64,000 nt of DNA from an uncultured Nitrospirota bacterium (GCA_964515925.1 CAZEYP010000001.1:22718-86717), one strand, 5' to 3'. Shown: positions 1 through 10,231, numbered from the stretch's first letter. The notes: generated from the letters alone by a model not told the origin. Numbers and translations are program-made.

Positions 1-219
1 TGTAACAACTCAGGTTACAAGGGAAGGGTTGCCCTTTATGAGGTGCTTCCTATTAAAGAGGAGATAAAGGAGTTGATACTTGAGGGTGCCTCGGCACAGG
101 AGATAAAGAGAGTGGCTGTAAGGCTTGGCATGAAGACCCTTAGAAGAAGTGGTCTTAACAAGGCGAAAGAGGGTGTAACCAGCATTGAGGAGGTACTCAG
201 GGTATCGGTGGGAGACTGA
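1..219 (+). CDS. pilB: Type IV pilus assembly ATPase PilB/GspE family, C-terminal fragment (5' end lies outside the window)
   Basis: The frame-1 translation CNNSGYKGRVALYEVLPIKEEIKELILEGASAQEIKRVAV...EEVLRVSVGD* ends at TGA 217-219. It matches the conserved C-terminal tail of PilB/GspE ATPases. pilT and pilC follow. Confidence 0.75.
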   Translation, partial: CNNSGYKGRVALYEVLPIKEEIKELILEGASAQEIKRVAVRLGMKTLRRSGLNKAKEGVTSIEEVLRVSVGD

Positions 220-221
220 GG

Positions 222-274
222 TGATTTCAGATTTTAGATTTCAGATTTTAGATTTCAGATTTTAGATTTATGAT
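222..274 (+). repeat. Tandem heptad array NAGATTT (about 7 units) in the pilB-pilT spacer
   Basis: Reads tgattt cagattt tagattt cagattt tagattt cagattt tagattt atgat. The same word family recurs at 21547, 24474, 48475, 59842 and 63355, and on the reverse strand at 50794. Confidence 0.9.
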
Positions 275-291
275 ATAGGAGTTGGGAAACT

Positions 292-1404
292 ATGGCAACG
301 CTTTATGATTTTTTAAAGATGATGATCCAGCAAAATGCCTCTGACCTGCACATAACAACAGGGAGTCCACCAAGATTAAGAATTGATGGAAAGTTAAGGG
401 CTATCGACCATCCACCACTGACACCTGCTGATACCAAGGCACTCTGCTACAGTATTCTTACTGATGCCCAGAAACACAGGTTTGAGGAAAACAACGAGCT
501 TGACCTGTCCTTTGGTGTGAAGGGACTGAGCCGTTTCAGAGCAAATATCTTCATGCAGCGTGGTGCTGTGGCAGGTGCATTCAGGACAATTCCCTTTAAT
601 ATCAGAACATTTCAGGAGCTGGGGCTTCCAGAGATAATTAATGAGCTCGTTAAAAAGCCAAGGGGCCTTATACTGGTAACAGGGCCCACTGGCTCTGGAA
701 AGACCACCACCCTGGCAGCCATGATTGACCGTATCAATAATGAAAGAGAAGAACACATCATAACCATAGAAGACCCTATTGAGTATCTTCATCCCCACAA
801 GAAATGCCTTGTAAACCAGAGAGAGGTTACAGCAGACACTGCCTCGTTCCACGATGCCCTTCGGTATATCTTAAGACAGGACCCCGATGTTGTGCTTATT
901 GGTGAGATGAGGGATCTGGAGACCATCGAGGCTGCTCTCAGGGTTTCTGAGACAGGACATCTGACTCTGGCAACACTTCATACTAACTCTGCCATTCAGA
1001 CCATTAACAGGATTATAGATGTCTTTCCTCCTCATCAGCAGGACCAGGTGAGGGTGCAGCTTTCCTTTGTGCTTGAGGGTATTATTGCCCAGCAACTTAT
1101 TCCACGCAGAGATGGAAGGGGGAGGGTACTGGCCGTTGAGGTCCTGGTTCCAAACCCTGCTATCCGAAACCTTATCCGTGAGGACAAGGTTCATCAGCTC
1201 TATTCAATGATGCAGACAGGACAGGCAAAATTTGGGATGCAGACCATGAACCAATCACTCTATGAGTTATATACAAGAGGGCTCATATCCTATGAGGATG
1301 CCCTTGGAAGGTCACCGGTTCCAGATGAGCTGATTAACATGATTCAAAAAGGCGCTCCAGGTGCTCCACATATGCGGAATACCGCGCAGCCAAGGAGGTA
1401 TTAA
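292..1404 (+). CDS. pilT: Twitching motility (pilus retraction) ATPase PilT
   Basis: 370-aa ORF with Walker A GPTGSGKTT, Walker B region VVLIGEMRD and His box TGHLTLATLHT. The N-terminal LHITTGSPPRLRIDG is typical of PilT. Confidence 0.9.
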   Translation: MATLYDFLKMMIQQNASDLHITTGSPPRLRIDGKLRAIDHPPLTPADTKALCYSILTDAQKHRFEENNELDLSFGVKGLSRFRANIFMQRGAVAGAFRTIPFNIRTFQELGLPEIINELVKKPRGLILVTGPTGSGKTTTLAAMIDRINNEREEHIITIEDPIEYLHPHKKCLVNQREVTADTASFHDALRYILRQDPDVVLIGEMRDLETIEAALRVSETGHLTLATLHTNSAIQTINRIIDVFPPHQQDQVRVQLSFVLEGIIAQQLIPRRDGRGRVLAVEVLVPNPAIRNLIREDKVHQLYSMMQTGQAKFGMQTMNQSLYELYTRGLISYEDALGRSPVPDELINMIQKGAPGAPHMRNTAQPRRY

Positions 1405-1452
1405 TGATAAAAAAACGGGGAGAAGGCTCTCTCCAGAAAAAAGGAGGGGTAA

Positions 1453-2658
1453 GTGGCCACCGTATTTCAATGGTCAGGGCGTAACGCAAGAGGCTTAACA
1501 GAGTCGGGTGAGATTGTAGCTGGCTCAAAGGAAGAGGTTATTGCCCAGCTCAGAAAAAGAAATATCGTTCCCACCGCAATAACAGAGAAAAAGAAGGCAA
1601 AGAGGTCGCTGTCTTTTGGAGGAATAAAAGACAAAGACATAGTTGTTTTTACAAGGCAGTTTGCCACCATGATAGATGCTGGTCTGCCTCTTGTTCAGGC
1701 CCTGGAGATCTTATCCACACAGGTTGAAAACAAAAAACTTGCCAGTGTCCTATCCCAGATAAAACTTGATGTGGAGGCAGGCTCTACATACGCAGATGCC
1801 CTGAGAAAGCACCCAAAGGTGTTCAGTGAGCTTTATGTGAACATGGTGGCAGCAGGTGAAGCTGGCGGTATCCTTGATACCATTCTTGCGAGACTTGCTG
1901 CATATATTGAAAAGTCAATGAAGCTGAAGAAAAAGGTAAAGGGTGCGATGGTCTATCCTGCCGTGGTTACGGTGGTTGCTGTGCTGGTGGTTACTATAAT
2001 TATGATATTTGTTGTTCCTACCTTTACTAAGATGTATGCAAGTCTGGGTGGAACCCTGCCTCTTCCAACCAGGATAACTGTTGCAGCAAGTAATTTTATT
2101 GCAGGTGTTGGAGGCTTAATAATTCTTGGTATACTGATTTTTTTAGCTGTGTTAATTGTTCAGATGAGAAAAACCGACAGGGGTAAATATATTATTGATA
2201 AAATCCTATTATCATTTCCCATTTTCGGGCCTATAATCCAGAAGGCAGCAATAGCCAAGTTTACAAGAACCCTTGGCACCCTTACAAGCAGTGGTGTCCC
2301 TATTCTGGATGGTCTTGACATTACTGCAAAGACTGCAGGCAACAAGGTTATTGAGAAGGCCATATACGAGGTTCGACAGGCTGTGTCAGAAGGTAAGACC
2401 ATATCTGAACCACTTATGAAGACAAAGGTCTTCCCTCCCATGGTCAATCACATGATAGCAGTGGGTGAATCTACAGGTGCCCTGGATGCAATGCTTGGTA
2501 AGATTGCAGACTTTTACGACGATGAAGTGGATACCGCAGTTTCTACCCTTACATCTCTGATTGAGCCTTTTCTGATGGTGTTCCTTGGTGGCACAGTAGG
2601 CTTTATTATTGTCTCAATGTATATGCCTATCTTCAAGATGGGACAGTTAATAAAGTAA
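1453..2658 (+). CDS. pilC: Type IV pilus platform protein PilC (GspF family)
   Basis: 401-aa ORF with a duplicated GspF/T2SSF domain and hydrophobic TM segments. Its position after pilB-pilT fits. Confidence 0.9.
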   Translation: MATVFQWSGRNARGLTESGEIVAGSKEEVIAQLRKRNIVPTAITEKKKAKRSLSFGGIKDKDIVVFTRQFATMIDAGLPLVQALEILSTQVENKKLASVLSQIKLDVEAGSTYADALRKHPKVFSELYVNMVAAGEAGGILDTILARLAAYIEKSMKLKKKVKGAMVYPAVVTVVAVLVVTIIMIFVVPTFTKMYASLGGTLPLPTRITVAASNFIAGVGGLIILGILIFLAVLIVQMRKTDRGKYIIDKILLSFPIFGPIIQKAAIAKFTRTLGTLTSSGVPILDGLDITAKTAGNKVIEKAIYEVRQAVSEGKTISEPLMKTKVFPPMVNHMIAVGESTGALDAMLGKIADFYDDEVDTAVSTLTSLIEPFLMVFLGGTVGFIIVSMYMPIFKMGQLIK

Positions 2659-2666
2659 TTTGGCGA

Positions 2667-2800
2667 GACCCTTCGCTTTGCTCAGGGTGACTTCTGATTC
2701 TATTTTGAGGGTAAAAGCCGTCATCCTGAGGCCAAAGGCCGAAGGATCTAAAACAAAGGCAACGAAACTGAGGGGATGTTTCGCTGTCGCTCAACATGAC
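2667..2800. repeat. Three copies of a 25-29 nt word (consensus about GTCAYCCTGAGC..GCGAAGGATC) in alternating orientation, forming a hairpin
   Basis: 2667-2691 gacccttcgctttgctcagggtgac is close to the reverse complement of 2720-2748 gtcatcctgaggccaaaggccgaaggatc. A third copy lies at 2775-2800 and a fourth at 28437-28461. Confidence 0.8.
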
Positions 2801-2980
2801 AGATTTACGGTGAAAGGATGCATATAGAGTTGCAATGCCTTGATTGCCAAGGGATTGAGAATTATTTAACAGCCTTATTCAGGATTTAGGATTTATGAGA
2901 ATGATAAAAGACGGCCCAATAACTCAATAACAAAGCCTAATTCCTCTACCCCATTCAGTGTTTGACTTTTTAAGGACTCT

Positions 2981-4582
2981 ATGAAACAGATACAACAGAT
3001 CAAAAAAAGCCTTCAGGTGCTATCTGCCTTCCGATTGCTTATCGTCATTATATTTTTTGGTCTTGTAGTTTTTCTTCAATTAAAAGGTAAGGGGTATCCG
3101 CTTTATAAGTACATAAACTGGTGGATAGTTGGCATATTTCTCCTTACGGTTGGTTACCTTTATCTCATGAAACGTCTTCCTGCAGACCTGAAAAAGTACA
3201 GGTTATTTTCCTATGCCCAGTTAATAACAGACACTGTTTTAATTGTGATACTGATACTTCTTACCGGAGGAATCGAAAGCTGGTTTTCCTTTCTCTTGAT
3301 GCTTTCGGTTATAGGAAGCTCTATAATTCTTGGAAGAAGGGGTGGATTCATAATAGCCTCAGTTGGGGCTATATTGTATGGACTTATGATTGACCTCCAG
3401 TATTATAACTATCTGCCTATAAAGACAAGCAGCCCCTATCAGGTAAAGGACTTTTTTTACAATCTTGTAATAAACACCACCGGGCTTTATGTTACCGCCT
3501 TTCTAATGGGATATCTTGTTCAGCGACTTGAACTTACATCGGAGAATCTGCAGAAAAGAGATATTGACCTGAAGGAACTTTATAGATTCCACTCTGAGGT
3601 AATAGAAAACATCCCGAGTGGGCTCTTTACCACGGATATGGAGGGGAGGATTACCTTTATTAACAGGGCTGGTGAACAGATTGTGGGGCAGCCAAGAGAA
3701 AGCCTCCTGATGAAAAACATAAAGGACATTTTCCCTTTTCTGGAAGAGCCCCTGACACTTGGCAGGTCAAATGGAAGGGTGGAGAGAAATGGTGAAATCC
3801 AGTATGTTGGAATGAATATCTCCCTTAACCGTGACTCCACTGGAAAGGCCCTTGGTTTTATTGGCACCTTTCAGGACCTGACAAACATCGTTAAGCTTGA
3901 AGAGGAGATGAAACGGAAGGACCGTCTTGCGGCCATTGGTGAGCTTTCTGCCAACATGGCACATGAGATAAGAAACCCCCTTGCCTCAATCAAAAACTCA
4001 GTGGAGATGCTGAAGGAAGACACCCTTCCCGATGATACGAAAAAACGGCTAATGGAGATTGCTATCAAGGAGATGGACAGGCTTAATACCATTGTATCTG
4101 ATTTTCTCATGTATTCAAATCCAAAGCCCCTTGAAAAGAAGCGGACCGACCTGTCAGGGCTTGTTAACTCGGTATGCGACATGGTTTCAACTGACAGAAA
4201 TATCACCATAAAAAGAGACATCCAGCCTGATGTTTACATGACAGTGGATGAAAACAAGATCAGACAGCTCCTCTGGAATGTACTTATAAATGCAGTGCAG
4301 GCAAGCCCTGCAGGCGGTGTTGTGGAGGTATCTTTAAAAGATATTGGCTTTTTCTGTAATATAAAGGTCAGAGATTACGGGGTGGGAATAAAAGAGGAGG
4401 ACAGAGAGAAGATATTTTATCCCTTTTTCAGCACAAAAAAGGAGGGCACCGGGCTTGGGTTGGCTATCTCTTACAGGATTGTCGAGGAGCATAGGGGTAA
4501 GATTGAGGTGAAATCCAGCGAGGGTGAAGGAACTGAGTTTAGCATTTATCTAAAAAAGGAAGAAAACGATTATGAGCAGTAA
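2981..4582 (+). CDS. pilS: Membrane sensor histidine kinase, PilS-like (multi-TM, PAS, HisKA, HATPase_c)
   Basis: 533 aa with a hydrophobic N-terminal half, a PAS-like segment (VIENIPSGLFTTD), H-box SANMAHEIRNPL, and N/G boxes NVLINAVQA, DYGVGI and GTGLGLAIS. It sits between pilC and a sigma-54 activator. The symbol is assigned by context. Confidence 0.7.
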   Translation: MKQIQQIKKSLQVLSAFRLLIVIIFFGLVVFLQLKGKGYPLYKYINWWIVGIFLLTVGYLYLMKRLPADLKKYRLFSYAQLITDTVLIVILILLTGGIESWFSFLLMLSVIGSSIILGRRGGFIIASVGAILYGLMIDLQYYNYLPIKTSSPYQVKDFFYNLVINTTGLYVTAFLMGYLVQRLELTSENLQKRDIDLKELYRFHSEVIENIPSGLFTTDMEGRITFINRAGEQIVGQPRESLLMKNIKDIFPFLEEPLTLGRSNGRVERNGEIQYVGMNISLNRDSTGKALGFIGTFQDLTNIVKLEEEMKRKDRLAAIGELSANMAHEIRNPLASIKNSVEMLKEDTLPDDTKKRLMEIAIKEMDRLNTIVSDFLMYSNPKPLEKKRTDLSGLVNSVCDMVSTDRNITIKRDIQPDVYMTVDENKIRQLLWNVLINAVQASPAGGVVEVSLKDIGFFCNIKVRDYGVGIKEEDREKIFYPFFSTKKEGTGLGLAISYRIVEEHRGKIEVKSSEGEGTEFSIYLKKEENDYEQ

Positions 4583-5954
4583 GGAAAAAAGGGAAAAGAT
4601 ACTGATTGTAGAAGATGAACAGAGCATGAACGAGGTCTTGAGGATACTGCTTGAATCTGAGGGCTTTGAGGTAACCTCAGCCTTTGATGGTGCCGAGGGA
4701 ATCGATTATCTAAAGAAAGAGATATACGACCTCGTAATAACCGACCTCCGTATGCCTGAAGTTGACGGATTTCAGGTGCTGAAGACCGCTAAGGAGCTTT
4801 TCCCGGATACGGTTGTCATAATGATTACTGCCTATGGCACGAATGAGAGAGTTATAGAGGCAATGAAGGCAGGTGCCTATGATTTCATCCACAAGCCCTT
4901 TCAGGTGGACGAGATAAGGATAATCATAAATAAGGCACTTGAAAAAAGGAGGCTAAAAAAGGAGCTCGAGCTTTTAAAAGAAGAGATAAAAGAAAAATCC
5001 AGGCTGGAAAATATCATTGGAAAAAGCGAAAAGATGCAGGCTCTCCTGAGTTCCATCCCCAAGATTGCACAAAGTGGCGCCAATGTGCTTATTACAGGAG
5101 AGAGTGGTTCTGGAAAGGAATTAGTGGCAAGGGCACTGCACAACCTGAGCCCCAGGGCTCAGAAGAATTTTGTTGCCATTAACTGTGCAACCTTTCCAGA
5201 GGGCCTGCTTGAGAGTGAACTTTTTGGTTACATGAAAGGTGCCTTTACAGGGGCTGTTCAGAACAAAGAGGGTCTGCTGGAGATTGCAGATGGTGGAACA
5301 CTGTTTTTAGACGAGATAGGGGAGATGCCAATTGCGCTTCAGGCAAAGCTTCTTAGAGTGATAGAGACAGGTGCTTTTCGTAGGCTTGGTGGATTAAAGG
5401 ACATAACCGTAGATGTAAGGATCGTTGCTGCCACAAACCGCAACCTGCAGAAGGCAATAGAGGAAGGCCTTTTCAGGGAAGACCTGTACTACAGGCTTAA
5501 TGTAATACCAATTCAGATACCACCGTTAAGAGAAAGAAAAGAGGATATCCCTTTACTGATAGATTATTTCCTTGAGAAGTCGGGTTCATCGAATATTAAA
5601 TTCTCACCAGAGGCAAAGAAATTGATGTTGAATTACGAGTGGAAGGGAAATGTCAGGGAGCTTCAAAATGTAATAGAGAGAGTTGTGCTCCTTTCTGAAA
5701 GGGAATTTATCCTGCCTGAGGACCTGCCGCTTGAGATTCGTTCATCAGTACCCTGTGGTGAACGGCTTCCAGAGCTTACACAATTTGGAGTTGACCTTGA
5801 CAGTGTGCTTGAAGAGATAGAGAAGTCCTATCTACGAAAGGCACTTGAGATGACAAACGGGGTTAAAACTGAGGCAGCAAAGCTACTTAACCTTACATTC
5901 CGTTCCTTCCGGCACCGACTATCCAAGTATGGTATCAACTCTGAAGAGGATTAG
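4572..5954 (+). CDS. pilR: Sigma-54-dependent response regulator, NtrC/PilR family
   Basis: 460 aa with a receiver domain (ITDLRMP), an AAA+ sigma-54 interaction core (GESGSGKE, GAFTGA, ESELFGY) and a C-terminal Fis-type HTH. Its start overlaps the kinase stop. The symbol is assigned by context. Confidence 0.75.
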   Translation: MSSKEKREKILIVEDEQSMNEVLRILLESEGFEVTSAFDGAEGIDYLKKEIYDLVITDLRMPEVDGFQVLKTAKELFPDTVVIMITAYGTNERVIEAMKAGAYDFIHKPFQVDEIRIIINKALEKRRLKKELELLKEEIKEKSRLENIIGKSEKMQALLSSIPKIAQSGANVLITGESGSGKELVARALHNLSPRAQKNFVAINCATFPEGLLESELFGYMKGAFTGAVQNKEGLLEIADGGTLFLDEIGEMPIALQAKLLRVIETGAFRRLGGLKDITVDVRIVAATNRNLQKAIEEGLFREDLYYRLNVIPIQIPPLRERKEDIPLLIDYFLEKSGSSNIKFSPEAKKLMLNYEWKGNVRELQNVIERVVLLSEREFILPEDLPLEIRSSVPCGERLPELTQFGVDLDSVLEEIEKSYLRKALEMTNGVKTEAAKLLNLTFRSFRHRLSKYGINSEED

Positions 5955-6024
5955 AGCTACAACTGCATATTGGGTTCATTTTAATAGCCCGGCAACCTGA
6001 CAACTTAGTAACCAAGCGTTTTCA

Positions 6025-6786
6025 TCAAATTATAATCCTCTGGGGATTACTGTATATGTTAAACCTGACACCCCGCATGAAACCTATAAGGGTTATACCA
6101 TTTCTCTCAGCCATCTCAACCGAAAGTGCAGTGGGGGCGGTTCTGCTGACCACTACTGGTATAGACCACCTGATGCACTTTGATGTCATCTCAGAAGAGA
6201 GCCTTCCGCTTACAAGCATTATCTTGTCCTCAAGAGAGATATTTTCAAGGAAGCAGTAACCAATTGCCTTGTCAACTGCGTTGTGTCTGCCAATGTCTTC
6301 TGCAAGGACAATAAGATTTTTACCATCGGATACTGCGGCAGAATGAATACAGCCCGTAAGGTTATACAAAGAAGATGCCTTCTGAAATTTATTGAAAAGC
6401 CCTCTTAGCTGGTCTGCGCTAATTGATAGATCCTTAGGTTGGGTATCTGTTGTTGACGCAGCTCTATCGAATGTGACACCACCTACACAGCCACTGGTAA
6501 TAGTGGCTCCCTCAAGATTAACAGTTCCTTCTGCAGGAATATCTACAACAATCTCGTCTCCATAACTTATCTCCATCCTCTCGGCACACCAGCTACCCTC
6601 GATAATTCCTTCAGTCATAAAAAAACCAGCTACCAGTTCTCTTATCATTAAAGGACTACAGTAGAGTTTCAATATTTCCCTGCCATTTACACGTATGCGG
6701 AGCCTTTTTTCAATGGCTATAATGTCCTCTTCTTCCCGGCAATCCTGTGTTATCTTATATATCCTTTTTTTGATATACCCGTTCAT
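6025..6786 (-). CDS. fdhD: Formate dehydrogenase accessory sulfurtransferase FdhD
   Basis: 253 aa with the FdhD hallmarks SGCVGG and EDIGRHNAVDK. Confidence 0.85.
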   Translation of the reverse strand: MNGYIKKRIYKITQDCREEEDIIAIEKRLRIRVNGREILKLYCSPLMIRELVAGFFMTEGIIEGSWCAERMEISYGDEIVVDIPAEGTVNLEGATITSGCVGGVTFDRAASTTDTQPKDLSISADQLRGLFNKFQKASSLYNLTGCIHSAAVSDGKNLIVLAEDIGRHNAVDKAIGYCFLENISLEDKIMLVSGRLSSEMTSKCIRWSIPVVVSRTAPTALSVEMAERNGITLIGFMRGVRFNIYSNPQRIII

Positions 6787-8552
6787 TTTGAGATCGAATT
6801 GTAGAGGCAGACCCTGTTTCTGCCCTCTTGTTTTGCATAATAAAGAGCCTGATCTGCCTTCTTAACAAGCTCTTCACGGTCCTTTGAATCTATTGGGAAA
6901 CAGGCTATGCCAATGCTTATGGTTACCCTGAAGGTTTTTCCGTCTTCGAGCCTGAACTCATGATTTTCAATTGCCTTCCTTATCCTTTCTCCTACCTTGT
7001 AAGCATTATCACAATCAGTTTCAGGCAGTATAAGTGCAAATTCTTCTCCTCCGTAACGGGCAGGAAAATCAAGCTGACGAACATTTTTCTTAATTATATC
7101 TGCCACGGTTTTCAGAACCATATCGCCCACCTGATGTCCATAGGTGTCGTTTATCTTTTTAAAGTGGTCTATGTCTGCCATCAGAAGGAAAAGGGTCCTT
7201 TTATATCGAGAGGCACGCAGGATTTCTTCTTTTATTCTTTCCTGAAAGACCCTGTGATTATACAGCCCTGTCAGACCATCGGTTTTTGCCAGCTTTGAGA
7301 TCTCATTCTGCAATGAAATGGTCTGAAAGGCCTGAAAGGCAAAATTGAAGAGACTGTTTTCATCATCCTCTGAAAAGGGAGTATCTTTTCTGAAAAGAGT
7401 AATAACAGCCCGAAGAGAGGTGGATGAACTGATGGGCATAAAGAGGGCATAGTTTATATTATAAAGACGCTGCAGGGTGGGGTTTGTAATCTCTATATTT
7501 ACTATCTCCTGTGAGCTTAAGATATCATCATAGGTAATACCTCTTTTTCTTAGAACAGACTCGAGCACCTGGAGGTCAATCTGCTCTGATGTTGAGTAGA
7601 ATGCCCCTTCATTACCTATTGAGTAGAGGTTGATAGCTGCATTGTCTGCTTTCAGCAGGTCCCTTGTCCTTTCGATAAATCTTTCAAAGAGCACATCCAT
7701 GTCTCTTTCGCTTACCACATAGCCGATAAACTCAGTAAGAATGGACAACTCTCTGATCAGTTTTTGTTCCTTTTTGATGTAAGACTCAAGGTCAGCGATT
7801 TTTTCCTGAAGCGCCTCTGCCATCAGATTAAAATTTTTACCAAGATCCTCCAGTTCATCTCCTGAGTTTATCTTTATCCTGTGATTCAGTTCGCCTGCAG
7901 CCATCTTAAAGCTGGTCCTGCTTAGCTCAATAATCGGGAGGATGAATCCTTTTTTCAGTGTTCGCCGGATAATAAGGAAGATAAGCAAAAGGATAATTAA
8001 AAGTGCTGTATAGAAATGGAAAACAAAAATCTGTGCCCTCTTCGAGGCAACCTGTGCCCTGTAGATCTTTTCAAAGTCCTTATACCAGTGTTCGTCAATT
8101 TGTTCCAGAACCTTACTGAATAGCTCTACCTTGAGTGCTTCGTTTGCCATGGCAATGTCAGCCTGATTTTGTGAAAACAATATTTTGTTTAAAAAACTAT
8201 CGAACTTTTTGATATTATTGATTAAATAATCTATTATCTTTTTTTCATCAGAGTCCAGATTTAGTGACCTTGAGCTTGCTATTATACGATGCAGGTTTTT
8301 AATTCCATTTTCAATATTGGCTTTTGATTTTTCGTCATTGTATTTAAGAAATTCATTCAGACTATAACTTAGATTTAACAGGGTGGTTCTGAGGTTTGTA
8401 AGGAAGTCGAGCTCTTTGGTGAGATCAACAAGCTCTTCGGTTTTCTGCTGCATATTGTGGGTGACACCAAATGAGATTATTACGGTTATAAGAAAGATAC
8501 CGATTAGCAAAAACATAAAGTAATCGAACTTCTTCTTTATGCTTATCTGCAT
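6783..8552 (-). CDS. Diguanylate cyclase (TM, HAMP-like and GAF-like regions, GGDEF domain)
   Basis: 589 aa. The C-terminal GGDEF domain has DIDHFKKINDTYGH and the active site GGEEF. There are N-terminal TM segments. Confidence 0.85.
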   Translation of the reverse strand: MQISIKKKFDYFMFLLIGIFLITVIISFGVTHNMQQKTEELVDLTKELDFLTNLRTTLLNLSYSLNEFLKYNDEKSKANIENGIKNLHRIIASSRSLNLDSDEKKIIDYLINNIKKFDSFLNKILFSQNQADIAMANEALKVELFSKVLEQIDEHWYKDFEKIYRAQVASKRAQIFVFHFYTALLIILLLIFLIIRRTLKKGFILPIIELSRTSFKMAAGELNHRIKINSGDELEDLGKNFNLMAEALQEKIADLESYIKKEQKLIRELSILTEFIGYVVSERDMDVLFERFIERTRDLLKADNAAINLYSIGNEGAFYSTSEQIDLQVLESVLRKRGITYDDILSSQEIVNIEITNPTLQRLYNINYALFMPISSSTSLRAVITLFRKDTPFSEDDENSLFNFAFQAFQTISLQNEISKLAKTDGLTGLYNHRVFQERIKEEILRASRYKRTLFLLMADIDHFKKINDTYGHQVGDMVLKTVADIIKKNVRQLDFPARYGGEEFALILPETDCDNAYKVGERIRKAIENHEFRLEDGKTFRVTISIGIACFPIDSKDREELVKKADQALYYAKQEGRNRVCLYNSISK

Positions 8553-9100
8553 TGCAACCTCTTTCTGGCCAGCTCAAAGAGCCCCGGGATCTTTAAGTCT
8601 AAATAGGTGTCGCTGGATTGCAGTTGAAGGAGCCTCTCTGTAAAACCATCAACCGGTAATTTAATCACCTCAATATCTTCTACATCGTCCAGATGCTGAG
8701 AACCACCAGGCTTCACATTAAATGCAGTAAACACGGTAAGTATCTCTGCAGAGGCACCTGAGGACAGAGGGCCTTCGGCAAGAAACTCAAGTCGTTCGGC
8801 CTTATAGCCTGTCTCCTCCTGTAACTCCCTCATTGCAACCTCTTTTAAGGACTCGTTCCTGTCATTAAGCCCTGCAGGAAACTCTATGACAAAGCTATCA
8901 ACAGGAGGTCTGTACTGTTTGATTAGTATTACATGATTGTCCTCTGTAAACGGCACCACTGCCACAATTCCCCTCGTGCCAACTCTCTGGACCACCTCCC
9001 AGTGATAGGTGCGTCCTGAGTGGTTGAGAAGTTCCAGTTTTTTTATCTTTAGATAATTTCCTTCCCAGAGGGTTGTGGTTTTTATTATCCGGGGCTTCAT
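8543..9100 (-). CDS. NUDIX hydrolase (ADP-ribose pyrophosphatase-like)
   Basis: 185 aa with the Nudix box GLNDRNESLKEVAMRELQEETGY. Confidence 0.8.
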   Translation of the reverse strand: MKPRIIKTTTLWEGNYLKIKKLELLNHSGRTYHWEVVQRVGTRGIVAVVPFTEDNHVILIKQYRPPVDSFVIEFPAGLNDRNESLKEVAMRELQEETGYKAERLEFLAEGPLSSGASAEILTVFTAFNVKPGGSQHLDDVEDIEVIKLPVDGFTERLLQLQSSDTYLDLKIPGLFELARKRLQCR

Positions 9101-9106
9101 AAAGGT

Positions 9107-9448
9107 TTATCCTGGAGGCCAGGACATTACCCTCCCACCAAGTAGATGTAAATGGATATGAAAAACAGTCTGTCCAGCATCACGATTTGTGTTAAGAACA
9201 AGGCGGTACCCACTCTGGGCGATGTTTTTTCCCTGAGCTATCCTTGATGCAACAAGCACAAGATGCCCTACAAGTTCACGGTCAAGCTCTGACATGTCAA
9301 GGGCTGTGGAGATGTGCTTTTTTGGTATCACCAGTATGTGAATCGGTGCCTGTGGATTGATGTCTTCAAAGGCGAGGCATTGGTCGTCTTCATAAACTAT
9401 CTTTGATGGGATTTCTCTTTTGAGGATCTTACAAAATATACAGTCCAT
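9107..9448 (-). CDS. HIT family (histidine triad) protein
   Basis: 113 aa with the triad HIHLHLLGG near the C-terminus. Confidence 0.85.
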   Translation of the reverse strand: MDCIFCKILKREIPSKIVYEDDQCLAFEDINPQAPIHILVIPKKHISTALDMSELDRELVGHLVLVASRIAQGKNIAQSGYRLVLNTNRDAGQTVFHIHLHLLGGRVMSWPPG

Positions 9449-9771
9449 TACTGACCTCCCTGTTTCAGTTTATACTGAAAACCAGATTTGTCAAATCTGT
9501 TTTCAAGCTCTTTATAAAGCTCCTCAAGGCTTATCCCCTGCTCAACCATCATCACCAATGTATGATAGAAAAGGTCTGCCAGTTCGTATATGGTATGAGA
9601 ACGGTCGTTGGACTTTGCTGCTATTAACACCTCTATTGCCTCTTCCCCCATCTTCTTCAGTATTTCGTCTCTTCCCTTCTTAAAGAGATGGCATGTGTAT
9701 GAGCCTTCCCTGGGGTTTTTCTGTCTGTCAACAATTACCTTATAGAGCTTTTCAAGGACCCTTCTTTCCAT
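9448..9771 (-). CDS. hisE: Phosphoribosyl-ATP pyrophosphatase HisE
   Basis: ORF 9448..9870 was trimmed to the ATG at 9771-9769, which is preceded by GAGGAGG. The product is a MazG-like helical protein ([24 protein letters not shown]). Confidence 0.8.
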   Translation of the reverse strand: MERRVLEKLYKVIVDRQKNPREGSYTCHLFKKGRDEILKKMGEEAIEVLIAAKSNDRSHTIYELADLFYHTLVMMVEQGISLEELYKELENRFDKSGFQYKLKQGGQ

Positions 9772-10135
9772 AGACCTCCTCTTCTGAAAAGACCTTCTCA
9801 GAGACCTCTTTGCCTTCGATGTCCCTGTAAAAACAGCTTCTATGCCCTGTATGGCAGGCACCTGGACCATGCTGCACCACCTTTATAAGCAGGGTATCCC
9901 TGTCACAGTCAACAAGTATCTCCCGTACCTCCTGCACATGCCCTGATGTCTCGCCTTTTTTCCAGTATTTCTGCCTTGAGCGTGACCAGAAGTGGGTATA
10001 GCCTGTCTCAATGGTCATCTGAAGGGCCTTTTTGTTCATATAGGCCATCATCAGCACCTCTCCAGTTCGGGCATCCTGCACTATGGCCGGTATCAGGCCA
10101 CTGGAGTCGTATTTGAGTTCATCTATCATCGTCAA
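9752..10135 (-). CDS. hisI: Phosphoribosyl-AMP cyclohydrolase HisI
   Basis: 127 aa with [25 protein letters not shown] and CHTGHRSCF. Its 3' end overlaps the hisE start by 20 nt. Confidence 0.85.
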   Translation of the reverse strand: MTMIDELKYDSSGLIPAIVQDARTGEVLMMAYMNKKALQMTIETGYTHFWSRSRQKYWKKGETSGHVQEVREILVDCDRDTLLIKVVQHGPGACHTGHRSCFYRDIEGKEVSEKVFSEEEVYGKKGP

Positions 10136-10231
10136 AAGCCCCCTGTTATTTAAAATATTCCGTATGTTACCATAAAAATATTAACACAGTCTATGTAACG
10201 GAAAAGTTTATACATTGAAAGGAGATTGAAT

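Noticed and set aside
3121-3393. 90-aa alternative-frame ORF inside the sensor kinase gene
   Set aside because: It lies entirely within the well-supported kinase frame and has no independent support.
9448-10135. hisI and hisE ORFs overlapping in different frames, which could be a frameshifted hisIE fusion
   Set aside because: hisE has its own ATG at 9771 with a GAGGAGG SD 4 nt upstream. hisI ends at a normal stop 20 nt later. Two overlapping, translationally coupled genes is the simpler reading.
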